Shown: positions 10,493 to 22,865, counted from the stretch's first letter. The stretch: 64,000 nt of DNA from Candidatus Anderseniibacteriota bacterium (GCA_016197005.1 JACPWO010000004.1:6305-70304); one strand, 5' to 3'. The notes: generated from the letters alone by a model not told the origin. Translations and numbers: made by a program.

Positions 10493-10789
10493 TCACCTTC
10501 CTTTTTTCCCTCCTAGAAAGTGAACCAAACTGGAGAAAAAGATACTCAGGATATAGGTAGCAAGGGCTACCGGCCAAGCGATCATCGCGGCTGCGGAGAA
10601 AGGTGTTTTCCAGAGCTTTTTCGCGCCCCGGGAAAACATCTTTGATAGTCCTTGGCAAGAACTTTTAGTGTATCGCTTAATTGCCTTTGCCCACCAAAAC
10701 GGTGAAGCGCCGAATGGATAGAATAAGACACCAATCGCAGTAGCGATAACCGCGAGTACGAGTAAATACTGCAGGAGGTTGCCCTCCAT
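10493..10789 (-). CDS. Small two-TM membrane protein (98 aa)
   Basis: ATG at 10789 preceded by GGAGG; two hydrophobic segments. Confidence 0.7.
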   Translation of the reverse strand: MEGNLLQYLLVLAVIATAIGVLFYPFGASPFWWAKAIKRYTKSSCQGLSKMFSRGAKKLWKTPFSAAAMIAWPVALATYILSIFFSSLVHFLGGKKGR

Positions 10790-10831
10790 AGTGACCTCCG
10801 TTGTGAAAGAACGATCGAAACTGTAACTTAC

Positions 10832-10861
10832 AATATAAGCACATTTTAATGTAAAAGTCAA
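10832..10861 (-). promoter_or_regulatory. Sigma70-like promoter
   Basis: TTGACT-18 nt-TATATT on the minus strand. Confidence 0.5.
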
Positions 10862-10931
10862 TTAAAGGGGTGTGGGAGCCTCTTATAGTGTGGTTTTAGA
10901 GCTCCTTTATTGATCGTGATATACTGCAGCC

Positions 10932-11408
10932 ATGCCTTCACAAGAGCGCCCTCCGCAGGAGCGCGAGACGCTTTTATTTGATAATCCCGAAGCCGCGAAC
11001 ACCTTTCGCGAGCGCGTTGAACGACGAACTACTGCCGAAGAAAGGCCTGGCGTAAAAAATCGACGAGAAGTCGTGGCTGACGAGGTGGCTAATGAATTTC
11101 AAAAACAAGGAGAGTCGGCCACCTCCTTACATCAGCCGTGGGAGCACACTCCAGCGGAACATGAAGAAGTCCAAGACCTGGTGAATGTTACTTTCTCTCA
11201 GGATTTAAAGGCAGCTCTTACAAAAGCGCGACGTAGTTCCAATTATCCTCGTAATGTGGATTTGCTTCATGACGTGCTGACGTCAGAGATGTATCAGCTT
11301 ATGCAGCAACAAGAAATAAACAAGCAATCACTGTCGGGCTGGTTTATGGGTGTCTTAGTAACTGTGCTTATCGTATTGCTTGGTATTCTTTTACTCTTCT
11401 TGTTATGA
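10932..11408 (+). CDS. Hypothetical protein with C-terminal TM helix
   Basis: 158-aa ORF, ATGA overlap with the next gene. Confidence 0.75.
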   Translation: MPSQERPPQERETLLFDNPEAANTFRERVERRTTAEERPGVKNRREVVADEVANEFQKQGESATSLHQPWEHTPAEHEEVQDLVNVTFSQDLKAALTKARRSSNYPRNVDLLHDVLTSEMYQLMQQQEINKQSLSGWFMGVLVTVLIVLLGILLLFLL

Positions 11409-13894
11409 GCTTACTACTCGCCTTTTTCTTAAGTTTTATCTTGGCAGCTGTCGGTACCACAATAATCTTTATTATTTGGCAGACACTAAAAGAGCAGGCC
11501 CGTCTTCGCCGTACCCTGGATGTGGCAATGTTACAAGTATTGTTACCGAAAGATATAGATAAGGACCGGGGTGAAAAAGAAGGGGAAGCTACAGACGCAG
11601 TAAAAGAGAAAATTAGTGTAGGCGAGCAGTTTCTTTCTACTCTTTCCAATTTACCAACAACCTGGAAGGATCAGCTGCTGTATGGTCAGCCTATTATTGT
11701 TTTTGAAATCATTGCGAAGAATGATGACACGATTGTTTTTTATGCTGGAACTGAACGACGCTATCTCGATCATTTAGAGAAACAGATTTACGCCCATTAT
11801 CCAGATGCTGAAGTAACACCAGCGCCGGACTATACAATTTTTGAAGAAGCTGACAATATTCGCACCGGTGTTCTAAAGTTGCGACGGCCCGAACATCTAC
11901 CGATTGCTACGTATCTTGAGTTAGAGGCAGATCCTATGCAGGCATTAACAGGAGCGTTGGCAAAAATTCAGAATAGGGATTCGGCAGTGGTGCAGTATAT
12001 TTTGCAGCCGGCCGGAGAAAAAGCACGTCGCAAAGCAGGTAAGGCTGCTCGCCGTACGGTACGCGGTCGGCAAGCAGATATTGGTTCTTCCGGTGGACTC
12101 ATGCACGTCGCTGGGGGGCTCATGAAAGACAAAGAAGCAAAAGATCGCAGCCGGCAAGAAGGCAGTCAGCTGACTGGTCGGATGCAGCAGCGGGTAGAGC
12201 TTACCGAAAACAAATCTGCTCAACAGCAGTTTAGTGTGAATATTCGGATTGGTGTTTCCTGTCGACAGCCGGAAGAAACAGAGCGCGTCTTTAACTCTGT
12301 TGCTGCTGCTTTCTCACAATATGATATGCCAGATCTTAATGGCCTCAAGTTATCGGTACCAAAGAATAACCGAACGTTTTTAAATGATTTCATTTTTCGT
12401 GTTCCTCGTCCTAAAGGAGCTAGTACTCTTTCCACCACTGAAATTGCTTCCCTGTTCCACTTCCCTCTTCCCACAACAGCTACGCCGAATATTTTATGGC
12501 GAGGCGCTAAAACCGCTCCTGCCCCAACTGATTTAGGCAGTGAAGGCGTGGTACTCGGAACAAATCTCTACCGTGGTATTGAAACGCCAATCCACTTCGC
12601 TCGAGAAGATCGTCGACGACATATGTACTTAATTGGTCAGACCGGAACCGGTAAGACCACAATGTTTCTGAATATGATTGTGCAGGATATTAAAGCGGGT
12701 GAAGGAGTCGGCGTCGTTGATCCGCACGGCGATTTAATTGAAGATATTTTGCTTCATATTCCGCCTGAGCGACAGCAAGATGTTATTTTATTTGATCCGC
12801 GCGATCGTGATTTCCCGGTTGGGTTTAACATGCTGGAAGTACAAGATGAGGCGCAAAAAGACTTAGTCGTAAACGAAGTGGTGGAAATTCTGCAGAAGCT
12901 AGCTGCTCGTCTTAATCCGGAGTCAATTGGACCGATGTTTGAACACTACTTGCGGAATGCACTGCTAGCACTAGTGGAGGATCCAAACAGCACGCTCATT
13001 GATGTACCGCGTATGTTCGTTGATGAGCCGTTTCGCACACAGATTTTGACGCGTCTTTCTAACCCCGTTGTAAAACAATTTTGGGAACAAGAATTTAAGC
13101 AAAGTCAGCGGGGTCAGATGTCAGCGGACATGCTCTCCTACGTTATTAGTAAACTTGGTCGCTTTATTGGCAACGAAACTGTTCGTAATTTAATTGGCCA
13201 AGCGCACTCTTCTTTTGATGTTCGAAAAATAATGGATGAGAAGAAAATTTTACTGTGCAATCTTTCCAAGGGACAACTCGGAGATATTAATTCTGACTTA
13301 CTTGGCTTTGTGCTCGTGTCTAAAATTCAGATTGCTGCTTTAGGTCGAGCAAATGTTCCAGCTGAACAGCGTCCTGACTTTTATTTGTATCTCGATGAAT
13401 TCCAAAACTTTACGACTGATAGCATTGCCACCATTTTGTCCGAAGCGCGTAAGTACCGGCTTAATCTCAATCTCACACATCAGTTCGTGAAACAGCTCGA
13501 TGACAAAATTAAAGAAGCAGTTTTTGGTAACGTTGGTACGATTGCTTCTTACCGCATCGGTGTTGATGACGCGGAATATTTAGCGGAACAATTTAAGCCG
13601 GTCTTTGCCGAGTATGACCTCCTAAACTTAAAGCGATTTACCGCCGTAGTACGATTACTCATGAATCAGACTCCGCAGCGCCCGTTTAGTTTGGCGGTGG
13701 CCAGCCCTCCTGCCGGCGGGGACGTTGAAGGAAGAGAAGCCGTGCGTGCCCTTTCTCGGCAGAAGTATGGACGGAATAAGGCAGATGTTGAGGCCGAAAT
13801 TTTGGAACGATTTAAAATGGGAAGCCCGGATAAACCGGTTGTTGCCCCTCCGAAGGGTGATTATTTGGGAGAATCGCTTTTCGATATTGGGTAA
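11405..13894 (+). CDS. VirD4/TraD/TrwB-like (HerA-FtsK superfamily) membrane-anchored ATPase
   Basis: N-terminal TM; Walker A GQTGTGKT; Walker B LYLDEFQNF; SEARKYRL. Confidence 0.88.
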   Translation: MSLLLAFFLSFILAAVGTTIIFIIWQTLKEQARLRRTLDVAMLQVLLPKDIDKDRGEKEGEATDAVKEKISVGEQFLSTLSNLPTTWKDQLLYGQPIIVFEIIAKNDDTIVFYAGTERRYLDHLEKQIYAHYPDAEVTPAPDYTIFEEADNIRTGVLKLRRPEHLPIATYLELEADPMQALTGALAKIQNRDSAVVQYILQPAGEKARRKAGKAARRTVRGRQADIGSSGGLMHVAGGLMKDKEAKDRSRQEGSQLTGRMQQRVELTENKSAQQQFSVNIRIGVSCRQPEETERVFNSVAAAFSQYDMPDLNGLKLSVPKNNRTFLNDFIFRVPRPKGASTLSTTEIASLFHFPLPTTATPNILWRGAKTAPAPTDLGSEGVVLGTNLYRGIETPIHFAREDRRRHMYLIGQTGTGKTTMFLNMIVQDIKAGEGVGVVDPHGDLIEDILLHIPPERQQDVILFDPRDRDFPVGFNMLEVQDEAQKDLVVNEVVEILQKLAARLNPESIGPMFEHYLRNALLALVEDPNSTLIDVPRMFVDEPFRTQILTRLSNPVVKQFWEQEFKQSQRGQMSADMLSYVISKLGRFIGNETVRNLIGQAHSSFDVRKIMDEKKILLCNLSKGQLGDINSDLLGFVLVSKIQIAALGRANVPAEQRPDFYLYLDEFQNFTTDSIATILSEARKYRLNLNLTHQFVKQLDDKIKEAVFGNVGTIASYRIGVDDAEYLAEQFKPVFAEYDLLNLKRFTAVVRLLMNQTPQRPFSLAVASPPAGGDVEGREAVRALSRQKYGRNKADVEAEILERFKMGSPDKPVVAPPKGDYLGESLFDIG

Positions 13895-13933
13895 GGTAGT
13901 ATGAAGACCATTATCATTAGCTAACCAAACAAT

Positions 13934-15151
13934 ATGTCCGATAACATCCCGTCCAGCGGCCAAGAACAGAAGCCGCAAGTTCATCTCAACACAACTCCTC
14001 CTGTACCAATGAGCGGTGTTTCTCTTGGCGGTGGACCAAAGTGGTATCAGAATAAAAAAACATTGGGTCTCATTGGCGGTATCGTCGCCTTGCTGATTGT
14101 TATTGGCTTAGGTGTCTATGCCGCTATGCGCCCAACTCAGCAAGATCCATTAGTAGAAGACGATGACAAAGGAATCTTCGGACAACTTTCGGGAGCGGGT
14201 GATCGCGAAGAAGATGCGGTTCGAGATATCAGCGGACTTTCCGGTATGAAATGTGAGCATCCAACTCGTCGCCCTATCGGCGTTATGCTGGCTGGTGATC
14301 CGATTAATCGTCCTATCTCTGGCTTCGCCAAAGCAGACCTGGTCTTGGAAATGCCGGTACTAACATCTGATGTCACTCGTCTGACCGCATTCTATCAGTG
14401 TGGTGAACCGACCGATATCGGCTCTGTTCGTTCCGCTCGTCATGACTACTTGTTTATGGCTGAAGGTTTCGATGCCATACTTGGCCATTGGGGTGGTAGT
14501 TACCACGCGCTCAACCGTATTGCCGCTGGTGAATTTCAAACAATCAATGCGTTAACAAATCCGTACAATGCGTTCTTCCGCAAAAATACCTTGCCCGCGC
14601 CGTACAATGGATTTACTACATATGAACGGCTCTGGAACGCATTGTCTCAGTTGGGGTATCGCCAAGAAACAAAATTCAAAGGATATGAATTTAAAGATGA
14701 TGCCGCCGCAGCCGAGCGAGGCACTACTGGCACACTCACTATCGGTTGGCCGGGACAGTTTCGGGTAAGTTATGAATATGATCCAGCGACCAATAGATAT
14801 CAGCGCTTTTGGGCCGGAGTAAAGGTGGTTGATGGTGAGGACAACACGACGCCAGTTGCTCCAAGTGTGGTTGCTATCATGCGGGCAGAAAACCAGTTAG
14901 CTGATGGACCGGGTGGATATAACGAAATGGCAATTGAAGGAGAGGGTCCAGCCGTTGTTTACCAAGACGGCAAAGAAATTAAAGGTACCTGGAAAAAGAA
15001 TGTGTTATTTAAAAATGACCCAGTTCACTTTATGAACGAGAGCGGTAATGAAATTACCTTCACGCGCGGACAAGTTTGGATTATGGCGGTAGAGCCGAGT
15101 ATTGCCGTAACGTGGGAATCAGCAGCAACGACCGCTCCAGTCACGCCATAA
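13934..15151 (+). CDS. DUF3048-like membrane-anchored protein
   Basis: TM followed by RRPIGVML, ADLVLEM, GSVRSAR, APYN motifs. Confidence 0.75.
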   Translation: MSDNIPSSGQEQKPQVHLNTTPPVPMSGVSLGGGPKWYQNKKTLGLIGGIVALLIVIGLGVYAAMRPTQQDPLVEDDDKGIFGQLSGAGDREEDAVRDISGLSGMKCEHPTRRPIGVMLAGDPINRPISGFAKADLVLEMPVLTSDVTRLTAFYQCGEPTDIGSVRSARHDYLFMAEGFDAILGHWGGSYHALNRIAAGEFQTINALTNPYNAFFRKNTLPAPYNGFTTYERLWNALSQLGYRQETKFKGYEFKDDAAAAERGTTGTLTIGWPGQFRVSYEYDPATNRYQRFWAGVKVVDGEDNTTPVAPSVVAIMRAENQLADGPGGYNEMAIEGEGPAVVYQDGKEIKGTWKKNVLFKNDPVHFMNESGNEITFTRGQVWIMAVEPSIAVTWESAATTAPVTP

Positions 15152-15155
15152 CTAT

Positions 15156-16043
15156 ATGAATTACTTCTACGGACCGGATACGTTCGGTGCGCGGGAGGAA
15201 ATAGGGCGTATCGGACAAAAAAACTCACTGGCTATCCATTGGCTTGATCGCCAGCAGTTTGAAGAAAAATCTCTGACTGAGTGGTTGGATAATGCCACCT
15301 CGGGGCTCTTTGGCGGTGAGTTACCAGTAGTACGTGATAGTTGTGAGATGCCCAAGGCCTTTCAAGAACAGATTATTGCCGCTGTAAAAAGTAAGCGCAC
15401 AGCCCATTGGATTGTATGGGATAGGCAGAAGCCGGATAAACGAACGGAATACTTTAAGTTTCTTAAAAAATACGCTCAGGAGTTTCCGGCTTTATCAGAA
15501 ATGGAGCTGAGTGCCTGGCTTGGTAAAATTGGGAAAATCGACAAAGCTGGTGCGCGCGAGCTGGTCATGCGAGTTGGCACCGACCGTTTTAGTCTTCAGA
15601 ACGAGTTGGCTCGTCTTAACCTTACTCACGAACCGACCACCTTCGCCAATGTGCAGGCCGAAGTGCCGAGAAGAGATATGCCTGAAGAAATATTCGGTGC
15701 ACTTGACGCACTGTCGAGTGGAAATACTGCGCAAGCGCTTACACTTATTGAAAAACAACTAGCGGCAGGTGAGAGTGAGCTCTATGTGCTGTCTATGCTC
15801 GCCTACCAATTCAAAACACTGCTGGCTATAAAGACAAACCAAACGAAAGGATTACACCCATTCGTAGTAGAAAAGAATCAACCGGCTGTTCGAAGATTTT
15901 CAGTCGGTGGTTTGCAGGAGGCTCTAACTAAAATAATGGCCACTGACTTTGCCATTAAACAAGGAAAAATCGATGCTCGAACGGGACTTATGATGCTTAT
16001 TATGGGTCTGGTGCCGCAGACTCAAAAAAACCGAGTCTTGTAG
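15156..16043 (+). CDS. holA: DNA polymerase III delta subunit
   Basis: YFYGPDTF start, LQNELARL, IFGALDAL, DFAIKQGK. Confidence 0.85.
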   Translation: MNYFYGPDTFGAREEIGRIGQKNSLAIHWLDRQQFEEKSLTEWLDNATSGLFGGELPVVRDSCEMPKAFQEQIIAAVKSKRTAHWIVWDRQKPDKRTEYFKFLKKYAQEFPALSEMELSAWLGKIGKIDKAGARELVMRVGTDRFSLQNELARLNLTHEPTTFANVQAEVPRRDMPEEIFGALDALSSGNTAQALTLIEKQLAAGESELYVLSMLAYQFKTLLAIKTNQTKGLHPFVVEKNQPAVRRFSVGGLQEALTKIMATDFAIKQGKIDARTGLMMLIMGLVPQTQKNRVL

Positions 16044-16051
16044 AATCGGTT

Positions 16052-16318
16052 TTATTTTGCAATCTTGGCGAGTGCTTTTGCTAGGCGAGACTTCTTACGA
16101 GCCGCTTTATTGGGGTGAATGATATGACGACGGGCCGCAGCATCGAGAAGACTAGAAACAGCAATAAAAGACTTTTCCGCCTCCTTCTTATCTCCAGCGG
16201 TTGAAGCGACACGCAGCGCTTTCATTCCAGCGCGCAGATTTTTGCGCCAACGGTCGTTATACATCCGTCGATGTTTGTCCTGACGAAGTGCTTTTTTGGC
16301 TTGATCGAGCTGTGGCAT
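16052..16318 (-). CDS. rpsT: 30S ribosomal protein S20
   Basis: MPQLDQAKKALRQ...IIHPNKAARKKSRL; start trimmed to ATG 16318. Confidence 0.95.
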   Translation of the reverse strand: MPQLDQAKKALRQDKHRRMYNDRWRKNLRAGMKALRVASTAGDKKEAEKSFIAVSSLLDAAARRHIIHPNKAARKKSRLAKALAKIAK

Positions 16319-16467
16319 TTGAAGTGGTGAGTTATTAACTTGTGAATAGAGAGTAGAAGAAAAGGGAAATAAAAGCAAGAAAAGGCGGCATTTGTCGGCT
16401 AAGATGGGGAGAAGTCCTTAAAGAATTGAGGATGAGCTTCGAGGTATTGTTACCGCGACGTTTCGTA

Positions 16468-18317
<1,850 letters not shown>

Positions 18318-18318
18318 T

Positions 18319-19224
18319 ATGAATGTCATCATAACCGGCGGACGAGGTTTCGTCGGTAGTTGGTTGCAGCAGGAATTTTCTCAGGCATGGCCCCAAGCTC
18401 GGGTTGAATCATGGGATTTACCGCAGGTAGATATTACGAAGCCAGAGACGTATGAGAGTAAACTTACAGCCCTTTTACCTGACTGGATCGTGCACTTAGC
18501 TGCTATTGCCTCAGTACCAGCTGCAAATAAAAATCCTCAGCTGGTAGAGCAGGTCAACGTAGGTGGGACTGAGCAACTGCTTTCCGCTGTACAAAGGCTC
18601 AAGCTACCGACAAAAGTTTTATTTACCAGCACAGCTGATATTTATGGGAAAGCCGTTCATACCGCTGCGGGAAAGCCCCTTCTTGAACTTCCACTAGCTG
18701 AGGCTCGACCTAGTAATCCCTATGCCCAAAGTAAGTATAAGGCGGAGCAGTTGATTGAAGAGCAATTTAAAGATTTTGTGCTCCGAGTGCGCCCATTTCC
18801 CCATATTGGTCCCGGTCAAGGAGTAGGGTTTGTCACAGCAGATTTTGCTTCCCAAATTGCAGCCATTGAAAAAGGAAATCAAGCCGCAGTACTAAAGGTT
18901 GGTAACTTATCTGCCGAGCGAGATTTTACAGACGTACGGGATGTGGTGCGAGCCTATCGTCTTCTGATGGAACAAGGGAAAACCGGGGAGGTATACCATG
19001 TTGCTTCTGGAGTGGGTACTTCAATTCAAAATATCTTGGATCAGCTACTTTCGGAGGCTTCGGTAGATATTTCCGTTGAAGAAGATAAAGAAAAAATGAG
19101 AGCAGCCGATACCCCAGTCTTAGTCGGCAATGCCCAGAAACTGCGTGATCTTACCGGCTGGCAGCCAGAAATTACCCTTCAGCAAAGTCTGCAAGAAATT
19201 TTAGACTGGTGGCGCGCTCGTTAG
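18319..19224 (+). CDS. GDP-4-keto-6-deoxy-mannose reductase-like (Rmd) NAD-dependent epimerase/dehydratase
   Basis: TGGRGFVG, YAQSK, RPFPHIGPGQ, GNLSAERDFTDVRD; adjacent to gmd. Confidence 0.8.
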   Translation: MNVIITGGRGFVGSWLQQEFSQAWPQARVESWDLPQVDITKPETYESKLTALLPDWIVHLAAIASVPAANKNPQLVEQVNVGGTEQLLSAVQRLKLPTKVLFTSTADIYGKAVHTAAGKPLLELPLAEARPSNPYAQSKYKAEQLIEEQFKDFVLRVRPFPHIGPGQGVGFVTADFASQIAAIEKGNQAAVLKVGNLSAERDFTDVRDVVRAYRLLMEQGKTGEVYHVASGVGTSIQNILDQLLSEASVDISVEEDKEKMRAADTPVLVGNAQKLRDLTGWQPEITLQQSLQEILDWWRAR

Positions 19225-21065
19225 CGGATGGAGTAGAGAAAATACGGGCCAGATTTTGCTACGAGATACCAGGTTGGGTGGTAGGCAATAGGCGCAAATG
19301 CACTTTCTTCTTGAGGACCAACAAGAACAAATTTAGGTTTCAGGTCAGGAAGAGTGGAAAGTGTTCCCTGATAATATTCCTTGATAGCCTTTTCCCGATC
19401 CCAGGGATCTCCACCGTGACTCCACACATGGGCGGCGAATCCTAGATAGCGGGGTCGACCAGCTAGTACGACCGCGGAGTTGTGGCTGGCTGCGGTTACG
19501 ATAACGTCACCCGGTTCGGTCACTTCTTTAATTACTTCGGCGGCTTGAATAGCGGCTATGTCCCACTCTCCCCAAATAAGAGCCGTGGGTAGAGTGAGTT
19601 TAAATATATCAACTCCGGCTGACACCATGTGCCCAGCCAGCAATACAATTACCGCAATCTTTCCGATAAGTGGAAAAGTACGAATAGCGTGCAGGGCAGC
19701 AAATGCAGCTAGCGGAATGGTAAATAAGAAGAAAAAGACAAAGAGTTTAAAGTTATCCCAGGCCCAAGGAGCAAACAGCCAAGTATTAGCCGCTGCAAAC
19801 AGGAGTAGTCCTGCTCCTGCCAAAATCTTAAGACTCTTAGGACTCTTTAAGAAAAATCCAGTAATCACCGTAGGGAGCAAGAGTCCGGTATTCTTGAGCC
19901 AGTACCAAATAGGGTTAATTTCCCCTGCCATCCAGCCTGGTTCAAAGCGGAAGAAAGAACCACTCTCACTTTCGCCGAGCATGTAATATAGTACCTCGGG
20001 AATACCAACTACGAGAGCAGTGAGCGTAAAGAGAAGCCATTGCTGAATGCGCGGCTGCAAAAAGAATAAGCCAATAATTGCTGGCAGAAGCGCAAGAACA
20101 GTGTGGCCATGGAAAAGAGGCAAAAGACCAGACAAAACTCCCGCCACAATATATTCCCCATCAGTTTTCTGTTTCGCCGGCTTTAGTAATAAAAGAATAC
20201 AAAGAGCGAGCGAAATACCAAACAAGAACGAACGCTGAGGCAGGAGCAGTGTTGTGACCGGGTTTAAGAAGTGGTAGCCATTCTCGTCGGTCCCAACACC
20301 AGAGTAATCTCGAGCCGGCAGGTGGGTTATAAAGTCGATGATGGAAGTGTCGGCCGCGGCAAAATCTTGAGGGAGTCGGGATATACCCAATGTTGCTCCA
20401 CCAAAAATAAATAAAAGGAGAGCAATGATGGCGGCGTGTTTGCTGCGGGTAAATTCATGCGCAAAGCAGTACAAAAGCGTTAGGAGTACCGGAATCATCA
20501 GCATAGCTGGAACATTGATGCTGGCTGGCAGTGACATTCCAGCTGATAGCAACACTCCGCTCATAAAATTGGTCATGAATGGATAGAGAAGGTTTGTACC
20601 GGCAAAGATTGGGTTTTGCGGGGGAGTTGTTTGCCCTTCGGCAAACATGACGACGTTAGCGGCATGCCACGCCACATCGCCATACGCGTTAATGATGCCA
20701 GTTGAGTAGCCCTCTTTATTTTCGATGAATAACTTAGGAGCAATGATCAAGCCAAAAATAATAAAAGAGACAGCGAATACAGCCACGGCAACCCAGTCCA
20801 GTTTTGTTCCTCGCCAAGGCAGAGGGCCGGTATACCACAAAAGTCCGACAGCGAGCACGAGAAGCATAATAGTCTCGACTACAATGAGGGTAGAGTTTAA
20901 GGGAATACCTATATTGAGGATGTAGGTGAGAGTGGTAGCTGCCGCCAAGCCTCCAACAATTCCAACAAGAAATCGGATCGCGTGTTCTCTTAAAACACCG
21001 ACTGCATAGATAGCCGCTACACCCGCTGCGCAAGCAGCTAGAAGCCAAGTAAGTGCCAGTACCAT
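19221..21065 (-). CDS. Polytopic membrane protein, probable GT-C-type glycosyltransferase
   Basis: More than 10 TM segments, loop motif YGDVAWH, LLPQRSFLFG; start uncertain. Confidence 0.6.
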   Translation of the reverse strand: MVLALTWLLAACAAGVAAIYAVGVLREHAIRFLVGIVGGLAAATTLTYILNIGIPLNSTLIVVETIMLLVLAVGLLWYTGPLPWRGTKLDWVAVAVFAVSFIIFGLIIAPKLFIENKEGYSTGIINAYGDVAWHAANVVMFAEGQTTPPQNPIFAGTNLLYPFMTNFMSGVLLSAGMSLPASINVPAMLMIPVLLTLLYCFAHEFTRSKHAAIIALLLFIFGGATLGISRLPQDFAAADTSIIDFITHLPARDYSGVGTDENGYHFLNPVTTLLLPQRSFLFGISLALCILLLLKPAKQKTDGEYIVAGVLSGLLPLFHGHTVLALLPAIIGLFFLQPRIQQWLLFTLTALVVGIPEVLYYMLGESESGSFFRFEPGWMAGEINPIWYWLKNTGLLLPTVITGFFLKSPKSLKILAGAGLLLFAAANTWLFAPWAWDNFKLFVFFFLFTIPLAAFAALHAIRTFPLIGKIAVIVLLAGHMVSAGVDIFKLTLPTALIWGEWDIAAIQAAEVIKEVTEPGDVIVTAASHNSAVVLAGRPRYLGFAAHVWSHGGDPWDREKAIKEYYQGTLSTLPDLKPKFVLVGPQEESAFAPIAYHPTWYLVAKSGPYFLYSIR

Positions 21066-21092
21066 ATGTGGTGTAAGATAGAGCAAGGATAT

Positions 21093-22490
21093 ATGAACAG
21101 TCCAACTATTACCTTTTATGGAGCAGCCGGCGGAGTAACCGGCAGTAAGCATTTAGTGCAGGGAAACAAGAGTCGCATTCTTCTTGATTGCGGTATATTC
21201 CAGGGACTACCAGACGTACGAGAGCGAAATCGCAGTTTTCCTTTTGCGCCTGATTCCATAGACGCAGTCGTCCTGTCCCATGCTCACCTCGACCACACCG
21301 GAATGTTGCCTCTGTTAGTAAAGCGAGGTTTTGCTGGAAAGATTTATGCCACGCCAGCTACCCGTGACATCGTGGAATATATGCTGGCAGATACAGCAAA
21401 AATTGAAGTGCAAGATGCAGAATATCGAGCGCGCCATCACTTGGGTTCTCCGGATGAGCGAATACCGCTTTTTGACGCCGAAGATATCCCGCCAGTCATG
21501 GATCGTTTTATGCCAATCCCCTATGCTCGAAAAGATCCGAGTTGGCACGAAGTGGGTAGTAACGTTCGCATGAAATTCTATGATGCTGGGCACATTCTTG
21601 GATCAGCCGTAACCGTGCTCGAGGTTGATGGAAAAATTGTTGCCTATACTGGCGACTTAGGACCAAACAGTATTCCACTTTTGCATGATCCAGAAGTACC
21701 AGAGGAAGAAATAACAACGCTTCTCATGGAAGCTACGTACGGGAAGCGCGAACACGATAATCTAGACGGCGCCATTACTAATCTCGCCGCCGCCATTAAC
21801 CGTATTTGTGAGCGAGGTGGAAAGATGCTGGTGCCTGCATTTTCGCTCGGCCGCACCCAAACAATTGTCTATATCATTCATAAATTAGTCGATGAGGGTC
21901 GTATTCCGCGCTTCCCGATGTATGTAGACTCTCCTTTAGCTTCGCACATTACCGAAGTTCATAAGCATCACCATGACTTGTTTGATAAAGAAACAACTGA
22001 AGATTTTGGGGATGATCATAAACCGCTCACGTTCCGGAATTTGACGTATACCGAGTCGGTCGATGAATCCAAGAAACTCAATAGTATGGACGGGCCCCTG
22101 ATGATTATTTCTGCGGCTGGGATGATGACGGGCGGGCGGGTCGTTCATCATGCTCGTCAGATTATTTCTGACAAAAAGAATGCGGTTATTATTACCGGTT
22201 TTCAAGCCGGTGGCACGCCTGGACGTCAGCTCGTAGAGGGAGCACCAGAAATTGAACTTTTGGGAGAGCGACTGCCAGTAACGGCCGAAATATTAGTACT
22301 TAATGAATTTTCTGCCCATGCCGATCGACGACAGCTGCTTACCTACGCTCAGAAAATAAAAGGTCTGCAAAGTATTTCTCTCGTCCATAGCGAATCGGAA
22401 CAGGCGACGGCGCTAAAGCAATATATGGAAGCGGAAATTCCTGAGCTTGCCGTTACTATTCCGAGTGAAGGCGACACAATCAGTTTGTAG
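21093..22490 (+). CDS. MBL-fold beta-CASP ribonuclease
   Basis: SHAHLDHTG, DAGHILGS, FSLGRTQ, FSAHAD. Confidence 0.92.
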   Translation: MNSPTITFYGAAGGVTGSKHLVQGNKSRILLDCGIFQGLPDVRERNRSFPFAPDSIDAVVLSHAHLDHTGMLPLLVKRGFAGKIYATPATRDIVEYMLADTAKIEVQDAEYRARHHLGSPDERIPLFDAEDIPPVMDRFMPIPYARKDPSWHEVGSNVRMKFYDAGHILGSAVTVLEVDGKIVAYTGDLGPNSIPLLHDPEVPEEEITTLLMEATYGKREHDNLDGAITNLAAAINRICERGGKMLVPAFSLGRTQTIVYIIHKLVDEGRIPRFPMYVDSPLASHITEVHKHHHDLFDKETTEDFGDDHKPLTFRNLTYTESVDESKKLNSMDGPLMIISAAGMMTGGRVVHHARQIISDKKNAVIITGFQAGGTPGRQLVEGAPEIELLGERLPVTAEILVLNEFSAHADRRQLLTYAQKIKGLQSISLVHSESEQATALKQYMEAEIPELAVTIPSEGDTISL

Positions 22491-22492
22491 AA

Positions 22493-22720
22493 CTATTTTT
22501 TCCAGCGTTCGTTATCAGGGTGCCACTGAGCATTATGCCGCATCGCTTTTTCTATTTGTTCCTTCGCGAGGTCCATGCGCACCGGATGCTTATAGCCGCC
22601 ACCAAATCGATTGCCGAGCATTACACCGATTACAAAACCGGGCCCAAAACCAATAATGACGTAGAGCGCGACTAATGTGAGTGCGCGCAGGGTGACAGCA
22701 ATGGTCTCAGTTATTCCCAT
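22493..22720 (-). CDS. Small membrane protein (75 aa)
   Basis: Gly-rich hydrophobic N-terminal half, charged tail. Confidence 0.65.
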   Translation of the reverse strand: MGITETIAVTLRALTLVALYVIIGFGPGFVIGVMLGNRFGGGYKHPVRMDLAKEQIEKAMRHNAQWHPDNERWKK

Positions 22721-22722
22721 AG

Positions 22723-22839
22723 TTATAATCGGTAGTATTTACCGGCTGAAAGCAGTCCCTTAGTCAAAAAGAAGCCAAGCACTATCCCAAGCAAGAATAG
22801 TGCTCCCCATAGAAATAAGTGATCCCAAATAGTCAGCAT
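22723..22839 (-). CDS. Small single-TM protein (38 aa), not in the ORF track
   Basis: MLTIWDHLFLWGALFLLGIVLGFFLTKGLLSAGKYYRL; stop lies 2 nt before the next ATG. Confidence 0.6.
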   Translation of the reverse strand: MLTIWDHLFLWGALFLLGIVLGFFLTKGLLSAGKYYRL

Positions 22840-22865
22840 AGTCTGATATCCTTAGTATACAGCGT

